This document shows, in pieces, positions 25,411 to 32,000 of a DNA stretch of 32,000 nt (its first letter is position 1; every line of letters begins with the position of its first letter). The notes under the pieces are model-generated. The model saw only the letters and a program-made list of their open reading frames with translations, did no database searches and had not been told where the DNA came from. Origin of the DNA: Dubosiella newyorkensis (lineage in GTDB: Bacteria > Bacillota_I > Bacilli_A > Erysipelotrichales > Erysipelotrichaceae); NCBI RefSeq assembly GCF_001945605.1, contig NZ_MPKA01000056.1, forward strand, positions 28,987 to 60,986, in the 5' to 3' direction. Both the position numbers and the translations under genes were made by a program.

Positions 25411-26877
25411 TTAATTTTCTAAAATGTCGATGATCGCTGGGTAATAGTCATATCGCCCATCCACCCATTGAAGAGCTTCATTCGCGATCGCGCGCGCTTT
25501 ATCCCGGTCGATATCTCGATAGATATTCGCGAATCGGAAATAGATCATGTCTTTAAGCGCGTTCTCCCGAATGATATATCGATAGTTCGCGTCTCCTAAT
25601 CCATAATCGCCATGAACGATCAATAGATCGGCAACGTCCATCATCGCGCGATTGCCAAGTTCGTCGTGAAGGGCATCAAATTGAGATAATACTGAATAGA
25701 TGAAGCCTTCATAATACTTCACATCTTTATATTGCCAATTTTTGAGCACTTCATAAGCGACATCCATGAATTTGATCACGAGAGCTTTCACATCGGCTCT
25801 TAAATAACGATCGATCTCTTCTAAAGAACGGATGTTGCGGCGTTGCGCTAAGATCAATACTTGACGCACCGTATCGAACAATTCATTGTAAACTTCAGTA
25901 TTCGCTAGCGCGTCATCGCTCAGTTCCAATTGCATCGCTTTATTTACCCGATTGCTTAGATCATCAAAATCGCTCGCCTTCAGCTCCATCGTATCGCCGA
26001 CTTTTGATAAAAGCACAGGAATCATATCGATATCGAATCCATCATCCTCATACAAGAAGGTATCCGCAAGTTTCGCTTCCTCTTTTAAAGAAGCTATGAT
26101 CTTATCAAGATCGCTTTCATCCAACAAGATGTTTTTATAGTCATCATATCCTTTATCGATCCCTAGCGCTCTTGCCATATCGATCAAAGTATCTAAGGAG
26201 AAGTCCGCATAGACTTTCGCTTTTTCTTCTGGGCTGATCGTCTCTGTAGCTTGTTCTTCGACTACAACTGGCTCTTCCTTCTTAACTTCGGCTTTCTTTT
26301 CTTCCGCCTTAGCTGGTTCTTCTTTCTTAGCTTCTACTTTCTTTTCTTCGGCCTTAACCGGTTCTTCTTTCTTAACTTCTACTTTCTTTTCTTCCGCTTT
26401 TGCTGGTTCTTCTTTCTTAATTTCTTCCTTTTTAGAAACGGCAGATTTCTTTGTTGAAGTCTTTTTAGGAGCAGATTTTTTAGCCGCCGGCTTTTTCGGA
26501 GTCGCTTTTTTTACGCTCGCTTCTTGAGTTGGCTCTGCTGCAGCCGATACAGTCTTAACTGCTGCATCGCTTCCTTTTGGCTGAGTATTGGATTGGACGG
26601 CTGGTTCTTTGGCAGCGGCTTTGACTGCTGGCTCAGCAGCCTTTGGAGCAACTGGTTTTTGATCAGCTGCAGCACTTGCCTTCTTAACCGTCTTTTTCTC
26701 TGTTGTTTTATTTGTAACGCTCGTTCCTGCTTTTTTCGCAGCTTTTTTTGGAGCCGCTTTTGCTTTCTTTCCTGACGATGTTTCATTTGTCGTTGGTTCC
26801 TTTTTCTTCGCAACGCTTGTTGTTTTTTTAACAGCAGCAGCGTCTTTTTCGCTTACTGTTTTCTTTACTTCTGCCAT
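25411..26877 (-). CDS. Hypothetical protein: ~215-aa Lys/Ala/Pro/Glu-rich low-complexity N-terminal half plus an unrecognised ~270-aa acidic C-terminal domain
   Basis: Long ORF with AGGAGG 6 nt before the ATG. No signal peptide or TM segment. Histone-H1-like KKAAKKA/PKKPAAKK tracts, then KKEEPAKAEEKKVEV repeats. The C-terminal part is non-repetitive. Confidence 0.7.
   Translation of the reverse strand: MAEVKKTVSEKDAAAVKKTTSVAKKKEPTTNETSSGKKAKAAPKKAAKKAGTSVTNKTTEKKTVKKASAAADQKPVAPKAAEPAVKAAAKEPAVQSNTQPKGSDAAVKTVSAAAEPTQEASVKKATPKKPAAKKSAPKKTSTKKSAVSKKEEIKKEEPAKAEEKKVEVKKEEPVKAEEKKVEAKKEEPAKAEEKKAEVKKEEPVVVEEQATETISPEEKAKVYADFSLDTLIDMARALGIDKGYDDYKNILLDESDLDKIIASLKEEAKLADTFLYEDDGFDIDMIPVLLSKVGDTMELKASDFDDLSNRVNKAMQLELSDDALANTEVYNELFDTVRQVLILAQRRNIRSLEEIDRYLRADVKALVIKFMDVAYEVLKNWQYKDVKYYEGFIYSVLSQFDALHDELGNRAMMDVADLLIVHGDYGLGDANYRYIIRENALKDMIYFRFANIYRDIDRDKARAIANEALQWVDGRYDYYPAIIDILEN
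26270..26428 (-). repeat. 45-nt (15-codon) tandem coding repeat, ~3.5 copies
   Basis: Units start at 26270, 26315, 26360 and 26405 (plus-strand ggttcttctttcttaacttctactttcttttcttc..). They encode KKEEPAKAEEKKVEV / KKEEPVKAEEKKVEA / KKEEPAKAEEKKAEV / KKEEPVVVEE. Confidence 0.9.
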
Positions 26878-26986
26878 ATGTAAACCTCCTAATTCAACGC
26901 TTACTTCGAATCAAGTATATCATCTTTTTATGATCCTTAGAAAGAAAAAGATAAATTGACCCGTTTTTTGAAAAAAAGTGCTCCAT

Positions 26987-27019
26987 TTTAAACTAAATTT
27001 AAGAATGTGCTACTATTAT
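26987..27019 (+). promoter_or_regulatory. Direct repeat TTTAAA-N5-TTTAAG plus a -10-like box upstream of htrA (CiaR-type response-regulator site?)
   Basis: TTTAAA (26987-26992), ctaaa, TTTAAG (26998-27003), 10 nt, TATTAT (27014-27019). ATG at 27049. Confidence 0.4.
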
Positions 27020-27048
27020 AAATATCGAAACTTAGATTGGAGGACACT

Positions 27049-28197
27049 ATGAATCAAGCATCAAGACCTCCTGAATTTCAAAAAAAGAAATCAGGATCCG
27101 GAAAATGGATAGCATTAGCATTATGTACGATTTTATGTTCTGGAGCAGCCGGGATCGGTGGAGGATACGCCGCATATACGCTCGCATCGAAGCAAAATAC
27201 AACGACATCTTCCGATTCTTCAAAATCGCAGGCAAATACGAGTAAAACGCAGAATCGCACCAATATTGAAGCTGTCAACGTGAGCAGCGTAGTCGACCAA
27301 TGCCGGCCGACCGTTGTAGAAATCACCACCGAAATCGCATCCAGTGGCAGCAATCCTTTCCAACAATATGTTCAACAAGGCGCAGGAAGCGGCGTTATCA
27401 TGACTTCCGATGGATATATCATCACAAACAACCACGTCATTGAAGGTGCAAGCACGATCACAGTCAAAACAGTCGATGGCAGCGAATACGACGCCAAGCT
27501 CATCGGACGGGATGCGCAAACAGACCTTGCCGTCATCAAGATCGAAGCCAACGATCTTCCAGCTGCGACCTTTGGAAACTCTAACGAGCTTAAAGTCGGC
27601 GATATCGCGATCGCGATCGGTAATCCATTAGGTTCGCTAGGAGGAACGGTGACAACTGGAATCATTTCCGCGCTGAACCGAGAAATCACCATTGAAAACG
27701 AAACCATGACTCTTCTTCAAACGGATGCGGCAATCAACCCAGGAAATTCTGGTGGTGGCTTATTCGATGAAGCAGGAAATTTGATCGGCATTGTCAATGC
27801 CAAACAAAGCAGCGCCGGCATTGAAGGCTTAGGATTTGCGATCCCGATCAGCGATGCGGTCGAGATCTTGGATGAACTTGTCCGCAATGGCACTGTAACC
27901 AATCGGCCTGCATTGAATGTCAGCCTATATGATTATACGGACACTTCTTTATATGGAAATTCCAAATATAACGATGGTGTATATATCGTTCAAATCATTG
28001 ATGGAGGAGCGGCCGACCAGGCAGGATTAAAGGTCAACGATCAAATCATCCGTTTCAACGGAAAAGACGTCTCTTCAACAAGCGAAGTTAAAAAAGAATT
28101 ACGTTCTTTAAAGATCGGCGATCGTGTTCCGATCACTGTCGTTCGCGATGGAAAAGAAATCGAGACCGAAATCACGCTCTCTTCCAATAGCCAATAA
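27049..28197 (+). CDS. htrA: HtrA/DegP-family serine protease with an N-terminal TM anchor and one PDZ domain
   Basis: Catalytic-triad contexts TNNHV, DLAVIK and GNSGGGLF. C-terminal PDZ (GVYIVQIIDGGAADQAGLKVND). Start at ATG 27049 with GGAGGA at 27039-27044. The track start at TTG 27037 overlaps that RBS. Confidence 0.92.
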   Translation: MNQASRPPEFQKKKSGSGKWIALALCTILCSGAAGIGGGYAAYTLASKQNTTTSSDSSKSQANTSKTQNRTNIEAVNVSSVVDQCRPTVVEITTEIASSGSNPFQQYVQQGAGSGVIMTSDGYIITNNHVIEGASTITVKTVDGSEYDAKLIGRDAQTDLAVIKIEANDLPAATFGNSNELKVGDIAIAIGNPLGSLGGTVTTGIISALNREITIENETMTLLQTDAAINPGNSGGGLFDEAGNLIGIVNAKQSSAGIEGLGFAIPISDAVEILDELVRNGTVTNRPALNVSLYDYTDTSLYGNSKYNDGVYIVQIIDGGAADQAGLKVNDQIIRFNGKDVSSTSEVKKELRSLKIGDRVPITVVRDGKEIETEITLSSNSQ

Positions 28198-28238
28198 AGA
28201 TATACTCTCCTTTCTTCCGGTTGAAAGCGCCTTAATTG

Positions 28239-28267
28239 TTGTGCCGATAGTTAAAAACGTTTATAAT
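28239..28267 (+). promoter_or_regulatory. Candidate ldh promoter
   Basis: TTGTGC (28239-28244) - 17 nt - TATAAT (28262-28267). Confidence 0.4.
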
Positions 28268-28297
28268 TGAGATAAATTATAGGAGGAAAATCTTAAA

Positions 28298-29272
28298 ATG
28301 GAGCAAGAAAAAATTAAAAAAAGAAAGATCATGCTCATAGGAACTGGATTTGTTGGGATGTCATTTGCCTATACGATGCTCAACGAACGCGGAATCGATG
28401 AAATGGTTCTCGTGGATGTGAATACCGACAAAGCGGAAGGCGAAGCAATGGACTTGAATGATGGACTTGTCTATGCGAACAGTAAAATGAAGATCAAAGC
28501 CGGATCTTATGAGGAAGACGCCGCCGATACAGACGTTTGCGTATTGACTGCGGGCGCAGCTCAAAAACCTGGTCAATCGCGTCTAGAACTTGTAAAGATC
28601 AACGCAAATATCACAAAAGGGGTTTGCGAATCATTAAAGGCCAACGGCTTCCACGGCATTCTGCTAGTAGCCAACAACCCTGCCGACATCATGACGTATG
28701 TCGCATGGAAAACGATCGGTTTACCACAAAATCAAGTCATCGGTTCAGGAACTGTATTGGATACCGCGCGTCTGCGTCATTCTTTGAGTCGTTTCTTAGG
28801 CTTTGCGGATTCGAATATCCATGCCTATATCATGGGTGAACACGGAGATTCCAGCTTTGTCCCTTGGATCCATACGTATATTGGATGCAAATCATTATTG
28901 GAATACTTGGATGAAAACAACATCTCTTTGCAAGAGCTGCAAGACATTTATATTGAAGTACGCGACAAAGCGTATGCGATCATCGAACGGAAAAAGGCGA
29001 CCTACTATGGAATTGGATACGCTCTTAAACGGATCGTCGATGCGATCTTGAACAACGAGCATTGCATCCTTCCAGTATCGAGCTATCAAAACGGCGAATA
29101 TAACCGTTCCGGCTTGTTTATCGGTACGCCAAGCGTCGTAGGTTCGAACGGGATCGAAAGGATCATGGCGCTGCCATTGAACGAAAACGATCAAAACCGT
29201 TTCAACGCCTCTTTCGATACGTTGGAAAAAACGATCCGTGACAACTTAGGCGATATCATCGATCTAGATTAG
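28298..29272 (+). CDS. ldh: L-lactate dehydrogenase (LDH/MDH family)
   Basis: GTGFVGMSFAY NAD-binding motif, GEHGDS active-site motif, VLDTARLR. 324 aa. GGAGGA lies upstream. Confidence 0.88.
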   Translation: MEQEKIKKRKIMLIGTGFVGMSFAYTMLNERGIDEMVLVDVNTDKAEGEAMDLNDGLVYANSKMKIKAGSYEEDAADTDVCVLTAGAAQKPGQSRLELVKINANITKGVCESLKANGFHGILLVANNPADIMTYVAWKTIGLPQNQVIGSGTVLDTARLRHSLSRFLGFADSNIHAYIMGEHGDSSFVPWIHTYIGCKSLLEYLDENNISLQELQDIYIEVRDKAYAIIERKKATYYGIGYALKRIVDAILNNEHCILPVSSYQNGEYNRSGLFIGTPSVVGSNGIERIMALPLNENDQNRFNASFDTLEKTIRDNLGDIIDLD

Positions 29273-29278
29273 TCGAAA

Positions 29279-29310
29279 AAGAAGCGACCATTTCGTTCGC
29301 TTCTTTTTTT
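29279..29310. terminator. Bidirectional terminator between ldh and the metallophosphoesterase gene
   Basis: AAGAAGCGA (29279-29287) / 9-nt loop / TCGCTTCTT (29297-29305). TTTTTTT follows on the plus strand and CTTTTTC on the minus strand. Confidence 0.75.
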
Positions 29311-30049
29311 ATATCGTTTCAAAATCGACTAAAAAGTCTTCAAGCTGATCGAGCAAAACGACCCGATTGAACAAAGTGATACATCGATGCTTTTGCTCAT
29401 AAATAAAATCTCCATGATAGTGTCCGCAAAACCATTCTTTATAGCATAGCTTTTTTTTGATCGTTTCTAAAAAAGAATGAATGTCGACATACCCTTCTCC
29501 ATAAGGCGATAAGCTGACTTCGTATCGCTTGGAAAAAGGATGTGACTCATATACATCGTGCGACAATACATAATCCACCTTCCAATCATGCGCTTCTAGA
29601 TTATGAAGCGCATTCTTCACTTCATGATATGTTGGAAGCTCATCTTTCCACCAATTGACATGCTCTGTTCGATATTGAATATCATGCGAATAAGCGCCTC
29701 CAAACGTAAAGAATGTCGCTCCATCGATCGTATATACTTCTCCTCGCAGCAAATGAAAGATATTCGAACGGATCTGCCGCGCTTTTCCGCCTTTATACTC
29801 CACGACAGGATATTGTTTTAAAACATCAAAATTCTCGTGATTCCCATCAATAAAGAGCGTATTCCAAGGAAGCGATTCTAACCAGTTCAGCCAGAATCGA
29901 TCGCCATCGCCGCCATCCCATACACATCCAAAATCACCACAAATAATGACATAATCATTTTCTGTCAGTGTATTTCCAGCCTCGAATTCGCGAGGATTGA
30001 TTTTATGAATGTCTTGTTCTCGATGAATATCACCCGTTATATAAATCAT
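29309..30049 (-). CDS. Calcineurin-like metallophosphoesterase
   Basis: Motifs GDIH, GDFG, GNHEN and GHYH. Start set at ATG 30049 (MIYITGDIH), with GGAGG 7 nt upstream. The ORF-track start 30124 lies inside the upstream terminator. Confidence 0.82.
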   Translation of the reverse strand: MIYITGDIHREQDIHKINPREFEAGNTLTENDYVIICGDFGCVWDGGDGDRFWLNWLESLPWNTLFIDGNHENFDVLKQYPVVEYKGGKARQIRSNIFHLLRGEVYTIDGATFFTFGGAYSHDIQYRTEHVNWWKDELPTYHEVKNALHNLEAHDWKVDYVLSHDVYESHPFSKRYEVSLSPYGEGYVDIHSFLETIKKKLCYKEWFCGHYHGDFIYEQKHRCITLFNRVVLLDQLEDFLVDFETI

Positions 30050-30104
30050 CTGATAGCCTCCATACGTTATACTAAAAACAATACTATCATTATTTGCTGA
30101 AGAA

Positions 30105-30133
30105 TAAAACAAAAGACCAAGCAAACCTTGGCC
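30105..30133 (-). terminator. Intrinsic terminator after the ROK gene
   Basis: Minus strand: GGCCAAG / GTTTG / CTTGGTC (30133-30115), followed by TTTTGTTTT. Confidence 0.6.
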
Positions 30134-30151
30134 TTTTGTACAATTCTTTTT

Positions 30152-31060
30152 TTATGACGCTTTGCTGAACGCTAGACAGCCCGCTCCCAACAAGCCGCTA
30201 TCTTCATTCAATGTAGATTTACGAACATTGACATATGGTTTTACGACATCGAACACTTGTTCTTTGACAAGATCTTCGACCTCATCCACAAATCCATCGA
30301 TCTTTAACGCGACACTGCCACCAAGAATGACGATTTCGGGATCCGTGATCGCGATCAGAGCTGAAATGAAGCTCGCTAAATACTTTTTCGCATCATCCAT
30401 GATCTCTTTAGCAATTTCATTGCCCGCTGCCGCAAGATCATTGACTTCCCCAGCATGCTTAACGTTCAAGCCTTTGTTCAGCGCGCGCGTCGTGATCGCT
30501 GTTCCCGAAGAAATCGCTTCGATCCCTCCAGGATACAAACTACCATGTTGAGGACCATCTTGCCACATACAAACATTGGCGACTTCATGACCGAAACCAT
30601 GCGCTCCAATATAAATTTCCCCGTCGATCACTTGACCAGAACCAAGACCCGTCGAGATCGTTAAGAATTGAACGAACCGATAGTCTTTTCCTTCTCCTAC
30701 AACAGCTTCCGCTAAAGCCGCCAAGTTGGCATCGTTTTCCAAATAAGAAGGTATTCCCGTATACTCCTCGATCTTTTTAGCTACTGGATAATGATGCCAA
30801 TTCCCTTTTAAGTTTGGAGTTTCCATTACGATGCCATTGATCAGGTCCAATGGTCCTGGGCACGATACGCCGATCCCTACAAGTTCTCTATTGTCGCTCG
30901 CTTCAAAGCCCTTCACAACAGCCGCCAATTGTTTTAGCGTTTCATCTGGATCTTCAACATTTGTCGGAAACTGGACGCGATCGATAATGTTCATTTCTTC
31001 ATCGATCAAAGCGACTCTCGAATTTGTTCCTCCAATATCTACTCCTACCGCATATTTCAT
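30152..31060 (-). CDS. ROK-family sugar kinase (specificity not assignable)
   Basis: N-terminal ATP-binding motif VGVDIGGTNSRVAL. ROK signature region LGSGQVIDGEIYIGAHGFGHE. AAGGAG lies 7 nt before the ATG. Confidence 0.82.
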   Translation of the reverse strand: MKYAVGVDIGGTNSRVALIDEEMNIIDRVQFPTNVEDPDETLKQLAAVVKGFEASDNRELVGIGVSCPGPLDLINGIVMETPNLKGNWHHYPVAKKIEEYTGIPSYLENDANLAALAEAVVGEGKDYRFVQFLTISTGLGSGQVIDGEIYIGAHGFGHEVANVCMWQDGPQHGSLYPGGIEAISSGTAITTRALNKGLNVKHAGEVNDLAAAGNEIAKEIMDDAKKYLASFISALIAITDPEIVILGGSVALKIDGFVDEVEDLVKEQVFDVVKPYVNVRKSTLNEDSGLLGAGCLAFSKAS

Positions 31061-31140
31061 TTTATTTCTCCTTACGTTTTCTAAAAAATATTATAAACTA
31101 TATTTTCTATGAAACCATATCCAATTTACGCAAAAATCGA

Positions 31141-31860
31141 TCATTCTTGGATCCGAAAACGAATTTGAACGATCTTTTCTCTTTCATCATGCGCTAAAAA
31201 TGAATTCAAACATACGAACGCTACCGTTTGTGTTAAGGTAAGACGATGTTCTTTGGCATATTGATCTATTTTTTTGAGTAAGTACATCCGCCTCATCTGG
31301 GTATCACCGATCAGATTACCAACTAAATACACACCTTTCTCTAAATACGTCTTTTTGCAATAAGATGTGAAAATAAATTAGGCGCTAGGAACGATCTTGC
31401 TCTCTTCTTCTTGAAATAAAAACCCAGATTCTTTAGAAAACCCATTTTTATTCCGATTCTTTTCTTCAAATTCGAACCATTTTTCGCCTGCTTCACAAGG
31501 CAAAGTATCAAGATATTGACGATCAAATTGTTCCGTATGGATCGAAAGATCCAACAAAGAGGCATTGGTTTTGATTTGTGCGCAGCGATATTCTACTTCT
31601 TTATGCAATTGTTGCAGCTTTTGGATCTCTTGCTTGATCTTACTTGATTGATCGCAAAGATTTTCTAAAAGCTCTATTTCATGACCTTCCTTGATCAAGG
31701 ATCCGATCTCTTCATAGGAAAAACCAAGATCCAGAAGAAAAAGGATAAACTGAAACTGCTTCGCTTGCTCGATTCGATACAATCTTTCGCCATTTTCTTC
31801 CATATGATTGCCTGAAAGCAAGTCATGAGACTCTAGATACGAAAGCAGTGCTTCCTCCAC
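31141..31860 (-). pseudogene. Decayed MerR-family regulator with a GyrI-like effector domain (5'-truncated, one in-frame TAA)
   Basis: ORFs 31378-31860 and 31141-31332 are in the same frame (31860-31332 = 528 = 3x176) and are separated only by TAA 31380-31378. ALLSYLESHDLL..YRIEQAKQFQFILFLLDLGFSYEEI matches the second half of a MerR wHTH plus dimerisation helix, but the first ~15 codons are missing (in-frame TAA at 31875-31873). Confidence 0.6.
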
Positions 31861-31936
31861 AGTAAGCGGGAATTAAAACAGCGGGTAGCAGCCTGATGAA
31901 AGTTAAAGTAGAGTAACCACAGGAGGTGGCTACCCT

Positions 31937-32000
31937 ATGGAAACGAATACCACTGCTCATAATGAAGATCTTGTATTTACCGAGATTCCTTTTCCAAAAA
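31937..32000 (+). CDS. 5' end of an unidentified ORF (METNTTAHNEDLVFTEIPFPK..), runs off the window
   Basis: GGAGG (31922-31926) lies 10 nt before ATG 31937. The frame is open to the window end. Too little sequence to assign. Confidence 0.35.
   Translation, partial: METNTTAHNEDLVFTEIPFPK

Noticed and set aside
26270-26428. Regularly spaced 45-nt repeats (and the 18-nt repeats at 2783-2854) considered as a possible CRISPR array
   Set aside because: The units are directly tandem with no unique spacers, their length is a multiple of 3, and they lie in frame inside long ORFs. They are coding repeats, not CRISPR.
26251-26775. Plus-strand ORFs 26251-26457 and 26524-26775, and minus-strand ORF 26511-26813 (Phe/Leu- or Arg/Gln-rich)
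   Set aside because: They are alternative-frame or antisense products of the Lys/Glu/Ala-rich repeat region of the 488-aa gene. Only the 25411-26877 frame has an RBS and a non-repetitive continuation.
27037-27048. TTG start (MEDT..) for htrA, and the 24021 start (MSVKERGRT..) for icd, in the ORF track
   Set aside because: Both upstream starts sit on or before the Shine-Dalgarno sequence that serves the downstream ATG (27049 and 24048 respectively).
28222-28235. cre-like TGAAAGCGCCTTAA upstream of ldh
   Set aside because: It has two mismatches at conserved positions of the cre consensus (the W and the C of the 3' half), so it is too weak to call.
30050-30124. 25-codon N-terminal extension of the metallophosphoesterase ORF
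   Set aside because: It overlaps the ROK terminator hairpin (30115-30133). GGAGG precedes ATG 30049, which gives the canonical MIYITGDIH start of this family.
31341-31565. 74-aa minus-strand ORF overlapping the MerR remnant
   Set aside because: It is in a different frame inside the MerR-like reading frame, has basic/hydrophobic low-information sequence and no RBS. The MerR frame explains the region.

Overview
This is a densely coding, mostly minus-strand chromosomal segment with low-GC Gram-positive (Bacillota-type) signals: GGAGG ribosome-binding sites, a T-box leader, hisZ and hairpin+T-run terminators. Gene order: the 5' part of a type-IA topoisomerase-like gene; infC-rpmI-rplT behind an attenuator leader; tRNA-Lys(CUU); a secreted CHAP peptidoglycan hydrolase; a 545-nt AT-rich spacer holding a promoter / 20-codon ORF / terminator unit; an alpha/beta hydrolase; a tightly packed chain murI - M18 aminopeptidase - HAD - thyA - folA - scrB - HD; a 6-phospho-beta-glucosidase with a cre site; a complete hisZGDCBHAFIE operon behind a His (CAC) T-box; aconitase divergent from citrate synthase and isocitrate dehydrogenase; an orphan 86-aa Cys protein; a 488-aa Lys/Ala/Pro/Glu-rich repeat protein with an unrecognised C-terminal domain; htrA; ldh; a metallophosphoesterase; a ROK kinase; and a decayed MerR/GyrI-like regulator at the right edge. 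I saw no CRISPR array, rRNA, intact transposase, or recognisable defence or toxin-antitoxin module, so I cannot point to a clear multi-gene novel system. The best second-look candidates are: (1) an unassigned attenuator-like structured leader upstream of murI (11289-11473); (2) about 5-fold over-representation of GATC across the window; (3) the 488-aa disordered-repeat protein with an unknown domain; (4) the self-contained promoter/mini-ORF/terminator unit at 3501-3682; (5) the broken MerR gene next to an unidentified element at the window end. All calls come from reading the sequence and the ORF translations by eye. No database or folding software was used.
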